Below, piece after piece: positions 42,420 through 54,950 of a stretch of DNA of 64,000 bases; position 1 is the stretch's first letter; each line of letters opens with the position of its first letter. A model generated the notes under the pieces. That model ran no database searches and had not been told where the DNA came from. It saw only the letters and a program-made list of their open reading frames with translations. The stretch covers positions 124,001 to 188,000 of the forward strand of contig NIVC01000428.1 of assembly GCA_002269645.1 (NCBI GenBank), written 5' to 3'. The DNA is from Macrostomum lignano (Eukaryota). The position numbers were made by a program, and so were the translations under genes.

Positions 42420-45062
42420 TAGTGTCTGTCTGTCTATCTGTCTGTCTGTCCGTCTGTCTCAGTGTCTGTTGATTTGTCTGTCCTGTGTCTGCCTATCTGC
42501 CCCGTCTGACTTTTTATCTGTATCTAAGTCTGTCTGTCTAAAAGTGATTCCAGCTTCCTCGCTACTGTCAGTAGGCTACCGAAGTCATGCAATCCCAATC
42601 ACCGCACAAAACCGCAGGAATGCCTAATCGCTGGCCGGCAAAGCGGTCGCCGAATTCGCGTATTCGCAGTTGAGAAGAACGGCAACGCTGTCAACACCCT
42701 GTTGAACCGGTCATTGTCCGAGTGGCCGGACAGTGTGGTTGTCCTGCCCACCGATATGCGCCAGCTTAAACCGACAGATTTGCAGGTGATTGAGTCTTCA
42801 CGCTTGTCTACTTTGTCTGTTGAGAAACGCGGCGATCCACAGCAAAACATTAACTTTCACCGTTCCCTATTCTCCGCTCCTTGTTGTAGCATTCCATTCT
42901 TTCCTGGCACTGGGATTTCCCTGTCACTGGGATTTCCCTGTTCCCTGTCACTGAGATTTCCCTGTTCCCTGTCACTGGGATTTCCCTGTTCCCTGTCACT
43001 GGGATTTCCCTGTTCCCTGTCACTGAGATTTCCCTGTTCCCTGTCACTGGGATTTCCCTGTTCCCTGTCACTTGGATTTCCCTGTTCCCTGTCACTTGGA
43101 TTTCCCTGTTCCCTGTCACTGAGATTTCCCTGTTCCCTGTCACTGGGATTTCCCTGTTCCCTGTCACTTGGATTTCCCTGTTCCCTTCACTGGAATTTCC
43201 CTGTTCCCTGTCACTGGGAGTTCCCTGTTCCTTTCACTGGAATTTCCCTGTTCCCTGTCACTGGGAGTTCCCTGTTCCCTTCACTGGAATTTCCCTGTTC
43301 CCTATCACTTGGATTTCCCTGTTCCCTGTCACTGGAATTTCCCTGTTCCCTGTCACTGGGAGTTCCCTGTTCCCTTCACTGGAATTTCCCTGTTCCCTAT
43401 CACTGGGATTTCCCTGGCAGCCCGGAGTCTCATGAGTGCATTGACAACCCCCTGCGCTTGCCTCACGGCCCAGGCGGACATTTTTGTATCGGAGCTGCTC
43501 GGCTCATTCGGCGACAACGAGCTCAGCCCGGAATGCCTGGACGGCGCTATGCACTGCCTGGCTGAAGGCGGCGTGTCCATTCCAATGTCCTACACTTCCT
43601 ACCTGGCTCCTATGCACAGTTCGACTGTGTACAAGTGCGTTGGTTTCAGTACAGTTTATTTTGTTGTTGTTAAACGGGGTTGGGAAGCCGGGAGCTACCC
43701 GTAGATCAGCCCTGGGAGGGGCTCTGCCGCTGAGGGTCACTACCAGGGGCATTAGCCCGAGATACCCCAAGATTGGACCCTGACGTCTGGCCTGGGCCAG
43801 GGGAATCTGCCAACCCAAGCCTTATGGACACCGCCAACCCAAAAGTGGAATCAGGGACGGTGCTAAGACCGAGTCCACCCAGCGGACAAATCCCGGGAGT
43901 GCGCGAAAAAAGAATTGGAAAATCTTGGAATACTACTGAAAGCGGTCGGAGAGCGGGGGGACCCCGAAGTCTACGGAAATGGCTTAATTTTGGAGTGAGT
44001 CTGGAAGGCTGAGTAGCCACTGACTGTTTTATGGAGACCGACTTTTTTCTCGCCTGAATTAGCCGACAATGCATTGTTTTTGTTGCTAGGAGGCGCGCGG
44101 TTATGCTGATTCCGTTGACCTCTGAGCACGCGCTCAAATTGTAGCTCGCATACATTGCCCTGAATTTTCATTTTCAGCCTTAGTAAGCTACTATGAGTAG
44201 GTATAAAAGAATGTGAAGTAAATCCTCGAACTTTTTTGTCTGCACAGGTGACTTCTTAGCTCAGCGGTTTAGGATCAGCTGGTGAAAATTAGAATCCAGA
44301 AAGCAGATCCTGGGGTTCCCGGAGGCAGAGAAGCTGGGCGGTAACGCGTCTTAAGCTACCTCAATATCGTAGGAGGGCTTCGGGCACCATGGCGCAATGA
44401 ATTCGGCGACATCGTCCGCAACTGAGGCAATTCCAGCCATTCCTAGAAATTATGTACGTTTTGCTGGAAAATCTAGATTAAGGATCAAGTTATCAGATTT
44501 GCTACTACGAGTACTAACTAAGTAGTAAATTTTCACATTTCTCTGCAACAAGCCACGTTTTTCGCGACTTTGCAGAGAGGTGACCCGCCAACGCGACCCG
44601 GAGAAGCCCTATTACACCTTCTTGGAGACGCCCTACGTTGTCAATCTGGTCAACAGCGAACTGCTGGCGCCGCCGCAGCCAGTCTTCACCTTCCGTCATC
44701 CGGCCGAATCAGCCGGACCGGACGGCCGGCCGGCCAGCAACGAGCGCTACATCGAGCTGACCTACCGGGCCGAGCGAACCGGGGTGCTGCACGGCTTCGC
44801 CGGCTACTTTGACAGTCGCCTATACGGCAGCGTCTCCATGAGCATCCTGCCGGAGGACCACAGCCCGGACCTGTTCTCCTGGTTCCCGCTGGTGTTTCCT
44901 CTGCACTATCCGGTGCCAGTGAAGTGCGGCGACGCCATCACCGTGGCCATGTGGCGCGTGGTCTCCGCCACGGCCGTCTGGTACGAATGGGCCCTGCTAG
45001 CGCCTGTGGTGCTGCCCATTCACAATGCCGGAGGTCGAAGCTTCACCATCAATTTATACTGA
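40364..45062 (+). CDS. PRMT5: Protein arginine N-methyltransferase 5 (~709 aa)
   Basis: Exons 40364-41353, 41878-42057, 42209-42352, 42618-42785, 43474-43634, 44576-45062. Motifs [91 protein letters not shown]. Confidence 0.97.
41510..41860 (+). repeat. Degenerate GGAAAATCGCCCTC-based repeat in PRMT5 intron 1
   Basis: Recurring GGAAAATCGCC motif about every 35-40 bp. Confidence 0.8.
42385..42540 (+). repeat. (CTGT)n microsatellite in PRMT5 intron 3
   Basis: Visible. Confidence 0.85.
42905..43412 (+). repeat. 24-bp minisatellite (TTCCCTGTTCCCTGTCACTGGGAT)n in PRMT5 intron 4
   Basis: Period 24, about 21 copies. Confidence 0.92.
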
Positions 45063-47259
45063 TTGTTGAATTATATAGCTTTGGTACTCGACTATTAGCA
45101 ACTAAATATATAATGCAGCTAATCCTGGCTGAGTTATTGGTTTAATAATATTTTAGACCATAAAAATATTGTCGAGAGTATCATGAGGATTACTCAATCA
45201 GATTAGCACTTCACGATGAATCTTTTCTAATTCAAGTAGAACCGATGCCCCGTGTGTCTCCTTGCATTTGTTGTTTCTCTATTTTCGGCCATTATCAGCA
45301 GGGCTTCTGGTATTTGTAGTCCATTAAATGCAAGCGTATGGTAAGACGCTTTGTTGCCTTGCTTGGTTAAGTTTGCTATTTTGATGATCAGCTAATGAAT
45401 TTGAAAGCGTGTTTTGTTAGCAACATGACTGTATCCAGTTGAACAACTACCAGTATGATTGATTTTTGATCATGCATTTGTGCTGCAAAAATATTTTAAA
45501 TAAATCTGCTGGAACCAACGCCACTTTTCATTGAATGACCAACGACGTTGTCAAGTTATTACTGATGAAATTCTATCTCATACTCGTTTCAGGCTTTCGA
45601 TTCTTTTCACTTTCCGTTGAGGCTAATTCTATTCTGCTACATTCGGCTAACTCGGCGCATCATGTTCAGTTGGTTGTCAATATATATTTAACAAGTCGTG
45701 GAAAAATTCGGTTCCCTGTTTTGTCTTTGATTGTATGAGTGGTTACGGTAGCTAGCGGTAACTGTGGAAGAAGTAATGGAACACTAAGTGGGATTCCAGC
45801 CCACAGCTCAGCTTGGCTTCAATGAGAAGAATCAATTTCTTAGCACCTATGTCTTACAGACGCACATGTATGACGTCCATGTATTTGTGATCATTTTGAG
45901 CATTAGGCGTCGTATCACCATCGGCATCTGCCGGTAGTAGTTCCCTTATGGTTCTATGGTTTTGAGTTAGCAAATGACTGGGTAACGATAACGAAGCCAT
46001 GATGATGTAGCCCGACATGTACTATATATAGCCAAGAACATTTTGATTTTGATTGTCAAAAGTGTTATAGAAGACAGTAGCCAGTTCGAAATAGGCCCGT
46101 AGTAAGTGGAATTTGCAGGATTCACAAACCAATTATCATACTCGGAATGTGAACGTCTCGGATAAGTAAAAGTTCTTTTTGATATTTTAGTTTTCTCTAA
46201 AACACGAACACGATACAAGCGTAAAGTGGCGCCAATTGAATTTGCACAACTAACCATACTCTGAATCTTGAACTATAGAGTTGACATGAAGTTGGCATGA
46301 ATTAAAAATAAAGCGCCTTTATAATGAAAATCCGCATCGTTTTGGAATTGGAATTTAAGGCTTGAGCTTTCAAGGGATGCAAGAGATCTGTTTAAATTAT
46401 AAAACAAGGGCAAGAAGGCGAATATCCAGGGTTTATATTATGCAATTTTCAGCAGTAGTCCGATTTACTGTACCGTATACCATCATATCATTGTTTGGCT
46501 TTACTTTTGATTCGGCCTAGGCCTATATAAAACTCGGGTCTGGAACTATGACTGTCATGGTCATGGCTTATGACGCGTGTCTAACTGTTAAGTTTGGCAT
46601 ACTTTTATTATTCAGAGAGCGGGATTATTATTCTGCAGCTTGCGCATGACATGATCGCATCACACCTTTGTCTTGGCATAAGCCATAGGTTAACCAAAAG
46701 ACCAGTTAATAGACTATTTTCACCTGAGTTAATTCCCTAGATTTTTGTGATAGGCCTGGCCGCCTGGGCAAAATTATATTATATTAATAGCATTTAGCCT
46801 ATGACTAGGCCTATGTCTCTATGTATGAATATGATTACAGTATTTATTTTTGAAATTGGTCTATAGACCTAGCTTAGGCTATTGGAGCTTGTATTACTAT
46901 TAGGATGATAATGACTAAATGATAATGATTTAGTTTTATATTTAGCAGATTTTGCTAGCTCCAGGCTTAACATTGTCATTGATTAGGCCTAGGCCTAGGC
47001 CTATAATTATGTGTAACTAGATAGGCCTACATTTGTAACTAAGTATTAATAAATAGTAATTTTATTTTTGTATTTTTCTTTACTTAATCTTGGCCTATGA
47101 AGTGTGATATCTTGGCTATTGTCTAAAGTCTTAAACTTTAGAAATATTGTAATTATAACTTTGAAAGCCTAACTAAAAATAAAATTACATTAAGTACAGT
47201 TATACTAAAAATCTAGATCAATCTTAGACTTAATTTAAGTAAAAAATGCTATATAAGTA

Positions 47260-48582
47260 TGAGGGCTGCTTAATAAGTTTGCAGAAAATACCATTTTTGC
47301 TTATCCGATTTGCCCAAAATTTTACCTGCATAAGCATTAACCTAATGACATTTCTCAACATAATTTCCAGCCATTCCACACATTTTTCATGCAATGAAAC
47401 CAAGCTTCAAAACAGTGTCTCAATTCCAACTGTGAGACACTCTCCAGCTTAGTTCTTAATGTGTTTTTTAGCTCTTGATGGCAGCCAAATCGCTTTCCTT
47501 TCAAGTTCTTCTTGATCCTAGGAAGAAGAAAAAGTCAGAGGGCGCAAGGTCTGGTAAGTAAGCCGGATGTGGCAACAGTGTCAGCTGAGTTGACTGGAGA
47601 AACTGCTAGGTCACCCTGCCGCAATGCGCAGGTGCATTGTTGTGGTACAGCAGAATCCCGCATTCTTTCATCTTTGGATGCTGCTAAGTGAGACTTTCAA
47701 GCACTTGCAACAGACAGACGGTTGAGTACCATTCATCAGTCACTGTGGCACCATCTTCAAGCAGCACGTATGGCAGGATGCCACATTGTCTGAAGAAAAC
47801 TGCTGCTATGACTTTCTCGACACTGCTCGCAACAAAACTTGATGGGCACATCCTCTTCTCTTGCAATCCATTGCTGGCTCTGCTCTTTGGTTTCTAGGTC
47901 GTAAAAGTAGACCCAGGTTTTGTCACCAGTTATTATGTTATCTACCAGTTTTGAGCTTGTGCATCAAACTTTTTGAGCATTAAGCTTGAGAACTCGACCC
48001 AAGCCTGCATCTGGTTCAGGTCCAGGTGGTGAGGGACCCAGTGTTTGGATACTTTCCTCATGCCAAGGTGATCATGCAAGATAGAAACAATGCTTAAATC
48101 CAAAATCCCCACACTTTTCTCAAGTTCTCGAACCATTGTATGTGTCTGTCCTTGTCCAGCAGCATCTAGACAGTAGCCACAGTTGTGTCAGTATTCAGTA
48201 ATGGCCACATTTGGACAACCTTCCTGGTCATCATTGTCCAGAGACACAGAGCTGCAGCAAAAGTGAGTGAACCACTTGTGGACCATCATCAGAGATAGGG
48301 CTTCATCGCCAAGGGCCACTTGAAGTGTCTGCATGCACTCAGAAGTGGACTGGTCAAGATGAAATTGGATGAGAATCGTGACTAGTCTATCTTGATCAGT
48401 GAGACTCAGTGCAACCTGTGGAGTTTCACTGCTTCTTTGGCCACTGCGTTGCAGCATTTTAGCCAATCAAGCTGAAATTTTGCACAGCTATTATGAATAT
48501 ATGGGGGAAGTATTGTGTCAAATTTTGTGAGAATTGGGCAAAGGAAAATGGGATTTTCTGTAAACTTATTAGGTAGCCCTCA
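47260..48582 (-). mobile_element. Full-length (1323 bp) inactivated mariner transposon
   Basis: TIRs TGAGGGCTGCTTAATAAGTTTGCAGAAAAT (left) and the reverse complement of TGAGGGCTACCTAATAAGTTTACAGAAAAT (right), each flanked by TA. Transposase relic on minus: HKWF, WVPHHL, IITGDKTWVYFYD, YHNNAPAH, HPAYLPDLAPSDF, with stops and frameshifts. Confidence 0.93.
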
Positions 48583-49398
48583 TATAATTAAATATTTAAT
48601 ATATTTAGATTTTGGTAGGCCTATAAATTATTTTTAGAATTTATATATTATCTAAGTCTTAAGAAAAGCATATAAAGTCAAGTTGATTGTTATTTTTAAT
48701 TTAAATTTAAGATTAATGAAGCTATATTTAAATAAATACCTTAAAAGGGCCTATGGACTATATGAGTAGGCCCCTGTTCTAAAAATTTTAGCTTTGTAGT
48801 ATTTTTGCTATAAATATATAATATGACTAGGCCTATAATAATGTTTTATTATTACTTAGCGTAGCAGGTACAAATCTATAAAACTTTAAATGGGATACAT
48901 ATTATTGAAGCATATTTGCCTTTGATTATTTATTCATATAAAAAAACATAATAACTTATATAAAAATAAAAAATCTACCTCAAAGGGAAATATGCCTTAA
49001 TTGAGGTTTATGCCTCCCTCTAAATCTGCTTAGCTACAGACTAGCTTTAGCATAGAGCTTGATCTTAAATAATTCAATATTTTAACCAAAGTAAAATGTG
49101 CTCTAGTATAAGTATATCCAAAATTTACTAACAGGATCTATATAAAATAAATTATATAAAAGTTTTAAAGTTCAAATAGGCCTCTAAATAGTTACATAAA
49201 CCCAATGCATAGCTATTTCTAAATATTTACATCCTTATGATCCATTTCTCCTTTCAGAAACCTTTGCCTTGCTAGAGCATCTTAGAACTGATTTTTCATT
49301 CCACATCACTCCTTTCTCCATATCCAATCTGCATTGACTGAGCTGAGCTCTTCAACACACATCTAGGCAAATCCCCACTAAACCTGCCGCGCTCCACA

Positions 49399-52300
49399 AT
49401 GGACGCCGGCCACAGCATTGCCTCATCAGTGAAGCTGCGCCAGCGCACCTGCTGCGTAACCCGAGACACTGATGCTGCCTCAGCTGATGAAGCTGGCGGC
49501 GCAGGCTCCGTCGCTGGCTCCGGGCTGGGAAACTCTGCGTCTGCAGCACCGGGATCTGCTTCCGCCGCCGGCACCTGCTCCTCTTCCTCGGCCGCTGCCG
49601 CAGTGGCCGCCTCCGCAGCCTCCGCCACCGACTCCATTGACTCAGACGATCCTTCCAGTGCAACCGCCGCTCCGCCCGTCAAGCGCAAAGTGGTCACCGT
49701 GTGGACGCCCGAGGAGAAATCCGTGTTCTTCGACGCCTTGAAGCTTTATGGCAAAAACTTTATGGAAATCAGCCGCTGCATGCGAATGAAGGTCAGGCGC
49801 ACCGCCGACGCCTCGGTGAAGTCGCGAAATCAGGTAGAAATTAATTAATTAATGGCTGGTCATGTCGATTAGGCAATCTGTCCCTGACCCTAACAACACT
49901 AAGGAATTGACCTGCTCCTACTTTTTTACAAAACTACAATCTGATTCTATTAGAATTCCCCTGTGTCTATTTAAAAATCTCCCCCCCCGAGTCTATTAAA
50001 AATTGCCCTCTGAGTCTATTAGGGAATCTCCTTCTGAGTCTATTAGGGAATCTCCTGAGTCTATTAGCCTTAGGGAATCGCCACCTGATTCTATTAGGGA
50101 ATCACCATCTGATTCTATTAGGGAATCACGACCTGAGTCTATTACGGAATCGCTAGCTGAGTCTATTAAAGAATCGCCCCTTGAGTCTATTAGGGAATCG
50201 TCCTCTGAATCTATTTGGAAATAATAGCCCTGCTAAGGCCTTTAAAGTAAATTTATCCAATTGGTTAGTAGTATACCTCACATTTTACTAAACAATTTCA
50301 GGTAAAAGTGTTCTACCAGCGTACCTGGCAGAGCATCCGGCATTTTCTCACCTTCGACGAGGCCGTTCGTCCCGCGGTGCGCGAACTCTACGGCCTAATT
50401 AACTACGGGCATTTTCGCAAATACCTGGTCGGCAAGAAGCTGAACGCTCGCTACGGCGAACGGCTAAACGAGCTGGTGCACAACGGGGCCACCAGGATTA
50501 AAGTGCGCGGCAAGAAGAAGTCTTTCATTGTGCGCTCGCCTGTGTGCCCGGCGCTTAGGCGGCTGAATCACATCCAGGTGAGCTCCATGAGCTCCATGAG
50601 CTCCAGTTGGAATTGTGTTGAAGTACAGTCATCCTTCCGTTTATTCATGCTAGAACTAAACTAGCATCGCCCTTCTATCCCTATTAGGCATCGCCCTTCT
50701 ATCCCTATTAGGCATCGCCCTCCTATCCCTATTAGGCATCGCGCTCCTGACCCCATTAGGCATCGCCCTCCTAACCCAATTAGGCATCGCCCTCCTAACC
50801 CCATTAGGCATCGCCCTCCTGACCCCATAAGACATCGCCCTCCTAACCCTATTAGGCATCGCCCTCCTAACCCAATTAGGCATCGCCCTCCTAACCCAAT
50901 TAGGCATCGCCCTCCTAACCCCATTAGGCATCGCCCTCCTGACCCCATTAGACATCGCCCTCCTAACCCTATTAGGCATCGCCCTCCTAACCCTATTAGG
51001 CATTGCCCTCCTAACCCTATTAGGCATCGCCCTCCTAACCCCATTAAGCATCGCCCTCCTAACCCTATTAGGCATCTCCCTCCTAACCCCATTAAGCATC
51101 GCCCTCCTAACCCTATTAGGCATCGCCCTTCTAACCCCATTAGGCATCGCCCTTCTAACCCCATTAGGCATCGCCCTTCTAACCCCATTAGGCATCGCCC
51201 TTCTAACCCCATTAGGCATCGCCCTTCTAACCCCATTAGGCATCGCCCTTCTACTCCTAACCCCATTAGGCATCGCCCTCCTAACCCTTCCCGCTCTGCT
51301 GTCTCCCCCGGCAGGGTCCTCGGCCGGACTACCAGTTCCCGGACACGATCCTGTTGGACCTGGTGCCCCGCACCGGCCTGTCCTACGCCCGGGTGCAGGC
51401 GGCCGGCCAGAATCCCCGTGTCCGGGCCAAGGTCAGCCTGAACCGGCAGCTGTTTGACGCGCTGGACGCCCTCAACTGCAAGTGGCGAACCGCGGCCTCC
51501 AGGCTACGCGAGAGTCTCGGCCTGCCTGTGAGGCGCGACCGGCCCTGCCTGACCGCCTTCCTGCCCGAGACCGAGACCGGCTGTCTGGGCGTCGATCAGG
51601 GCGGCGGCTTTGATGATGCCGACGATAGCGGCGGTGGCGGAGGCGCGGGACTGGTAACGTCAGTCAGCAAAAGCAAGGCGAGTTGCTTTTATTTCGATTA
51701 TTTTTACACAGTGATGTTGATGCTAGCATGCTTCTTGCTGCACTCTCTCGATCTGCAGTCCTCAATCTTGAGCTTTGCCAGCAAGACACTACAATGTCAA
51801 GTGTGATCATTTTTCGCAGGTAAAAGACATCGCCCTTGAGGCCTATCTGACCAAATTCTCCCAGCAAGATCAGCAGCAGCCGCAGCAACAACAGCAGCCT
51901 CAGCAGCAGCAATCGCAGGAGCAGCAACAGCCGGACAGCCAGGCAGCAGGCGTCACGCCAGAGCAGGTCGGCCAGTTTCGCTTGGACCTCCGCCAGCTGC
52001 TGGCCCGCCTACGCAACGGCGTCAATTTGGACGAGTCGCGCGGCATCCGCCTGCTGGCGCTGTACCTGGCGCTGGGCTGCCCCACGGTCATCAGGCTGGA
52101 GTACGAATACCTGACTATGTCCGACCTGGCCCAGCGGGAGAGCGGCATCACCAACACCATGCGCCGGCTGTTCCACCTGGCCGCGCACGAGCTCAATCAG
52201 CAGCGGGAGCGCAACGTGCTGGAGGCTGAGAATAGCTCGCTGAAAGCCAAGGTGAGTTGCGCATTATACTGGCACTGCATGGCCAGGCCTTTCATCCCGT

Positions 52301-53300
52301 GCTTGTGGGGAAGCCAAGTTTTGCAATTTATTGACAGCATTACCTGCTGCGAATTCTACAGGTGGAGTCTCTGCAGTCCCAGACAGCAGCTCTGCGCGAT
52401 CAAATACGAGAGCTGCAGAGAGCTCAAAAGCAGCAACAACAGCTTCAGCAGCAGCAGCAACAGCAACAACAACAGAACAAGGACAGCTTTATCTGCTGCC
52501 GCTGCTTCTCCGCTTCGGGCAGCTCGCAGATCGACGTTGCGTCCTTAGCGGCTTATGCCGCCGCCGCCGCCGTGGCCACCTCGGCAGCCGCCACAACTGC
52601 GGCCTCCGCTGTGACGACCGCCGCCGCATCCGCCTCGGTCCAGTCTGGCAGCGGCTTGCAGCAGCAGTCGCAGCTGCAATCTCAGCAGCAACAGCAGCAG
52701 CAGCAGCAGTTCCAAGTGCCTCAGCCCTGTTCAACATCCCGCCTGCAGATGCGCCAGGTCTCCCTGCTGGCTGGCAAGCGCTCCATCTCGGCTGTGCAAC
52801 GCCAGCTTCGCATGGGCACCGAGCAGACCGCGGCTGCCGCGCCCATGCCGCCGCTGTACCATCAGCAGCAGCAGAAACAGCAGCTGCAGCAGCTGCACTT
52901 TCATCCGCTCGCCAACTTCGACCAGGCTGGTCCCGGCGCTTCCGGTGTATCGGCAGACGACAGTCTCAGCGGCCTGCTGGAGGACCTCAACCCGCATCAT
53001 CTCCAGCAGCATCAGCGTCAGCATCCGCAGGCTGACGACGATAACGCGAACTTCGCCCCGTTGCCCGCGGCCTCTGCCTCGGGGGGCAACAGCACGCCGC
53101 GCTGGGAGCAGGGCGGTGCCGCAGGCGGCGGCGGCTACTCTATCAGCCCGTTAAAAACGCCTCAGAGGGTGTGCGAGAGCAGTCGGGACTCGTTCACTAT
53201 CAGCTCGGCTATTAACGCTATGATTAATGAGGACACAGCCGAGTATGCTGACAAATTCGCCCAGCTGATGCACGAGATTAACAACGATATTGGCAAGTGA
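49399..53300 (+). CDS. CRAMP1: Cramped/CRAMP1-like SANT-domain chromatin regulator (~806 aa, Q-rich C-terminus)
   Basis: Exons 49399-49833, 50302-50577, 51315-51653, 51820-52251, 52362-53300. SANT region WTPEEKSVFFDALKLYGKNF...NQVKVFYQRTW; ELYGLINYGHFRK; LNELVHNGATRI; SPVCPALRRL; LDLVPR...ARVQAAGQNPRVR all match CRAMP1-family motifs. Confidence 0.9.
49990..50218 (+). repeat. Degenerate ~24-bp repeat (GAGTCTATTAGGGAATCGCCCTCT) in CRAMP1 intron 1
   Basis: Recurring GTCTATTAGGGAATC core. Confidence 0.8.
50663..51290 (+). repeat. 24-bp minisatellite (TAGGCATCGCCCTCCTAACCCCAT)n in CRAMP1 intron 2
   Basis: About 26 copies running up to the acceptor polypyrimidine tract. Confidence 0.93.
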
Positions 53301-53399
53301 GTTTACAGTTGATAGGCTTGGCGGCCAAGACTGAACTTCACTGCTTGTTCTCTCTATGCGTCTGCAAACGCTGCACGTACTGAAACTAGAGATAAAACA

Positions 53400-53800
53400 C
53401 CTCTCTAGATACACCTCTCTAGATATCCTGGCGCCCCTCTAGATACCCTGCCGCCTCTAGATGCCCTGACGCCCTCTAGATACCCTGACATCCATATAGA
53501 TATCCTGACGCCCCTCTAGATGCCCTTACATCCCTCTAGATACCTTGACGCCCTTCTAGATACCCTGGTTCCCCCGTAGATACCCTAACATCCCTCCAAA
53601 TACCCTGGCGCCCCCGTAGATACTCTGACATCCCTCCAAATACCCTGGCGCCCCCGTAGATACCCTGACATCCCTCTAAATACCCTGGCGCCCCCGTAGA
53701 TACCCTGGCGCCCCCGTAGATACCCTGAATCCCTCTAAATACCCTGGCGTCCCCGTAGATACCCTGACATCCCTCCAAATACCCTGACACCCTCTAGATA
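53400..53800 (+). repeat. ~21-22-bp minisatellite (CTCTAGATACCCTGACGCCC-like) downstream of CRAMP1
   Basis: Visible degenerate tandem array. Confidence 0.85.
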
Positions 53801-54950
53801 CACGACTGTATGCAATGTAAGGACTTCTGTTGAGTGAAATTCAAATTCGCGCCAAATTCTAGATCCGAATGTAAAAAAATAGTTGTTTCCTTGGCGCGAA
53901 TTCGAATTTGTATTTTTAGTGCTGAAAATTATCTCAGCCGTTTTGAATTGGCATTTCAAACTACCGCGCGTTCTCATCCGATATCATGTACAAATCGCTG
54001 TCCAGTCTATATATTTGTGTATATGAATATTCCGCGAATCTGAACACTCAGTCCGAAAATCAGTGCATTTCCTGCCCTGCTCCGCATTCTGTCCTCTCAC
54101 CCAAAGATGAAGGAATCTCAGCATTCTCTCACGATGATGTGCCCGTTTACAGTTGGCTAGTCGGTTCTTTTATTATAATAACTGAAACTGTTGGGCAGTA
54201 CGCGAGTGCCGCCAACTTTAACAAACTGCTGTATTTTTTCTGTACAAAACAGGACCTATTCAAGACCTATGCTTGCTTTATTGATAAAACTGATTGATAA
54301 ATAATAATATGCTTAGCACTACACTGCACCGCACTGTTGATAAAATTAAACCTTTTCCGCCTTCAGTACTAAATTTTTTTTTTATACGCCCTGTGCGCCT
54401 GTCCCCAGGCAATAAATAAATTATTGCATTAATTTAGCAAAACCGAAGCTTATTTGTATGCATATATAATTACGTGTAGTAAGTTTCTAAAAACACAGGT
54501 GGTTTACTATTTATTAGTTTAGAAAAAACAACTGTACAAGGAATGTTTTCGCGGTCAGACAATCAGCAGTGCTATAATTATATAAGATGGAAGACCTGTT
54601 TAAGTTAGTATATTGTTAGCAGTGGTACAAAGAAGGGCGTATCAAAAAATAGAACCCAGATAAAAGAGACAATTTTGGAATAGGTATACGCTTGTAATGA
54701 GCACAGCTCCAGTAACAATAGTAGTACAAAAATACGAGCATATGCTCAAAAAATGAGACGGTTCTCTCGCTGTTAGCACAGGCAGACTAGCGTGAAAACA
54801 GCTGGAAGGAAGCGATGGGTCGCTTTGATTAAGCTGGGAAAATTTAAGAGCTGCTAGCGAAAGTGAGTAACAACTCACTTGTTAGCGATGCCAATATTAA
54901 CTTTGATCATAAGGTCCAGGGCTTCGAGCATGTAGATTTTCACGCTTGTC

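Noticed and set aside
44225-44420. tRNA-like or HDV-ribozyme-like element in PRMT5 intron 5 (TAGCTCAGCGGTTTAG...)
   Set aside because: Only an A-box-like stretch is visible; I could not find a B-box or draw a consistent pseudoknot by eye.
50656-51273. Minus-strand 200-aa ORFs (MPNGVRRA and GGRCLMGL repeats)
   Set aside because: Translations of the 24-bp CRAMP1 intronic minisatellite.
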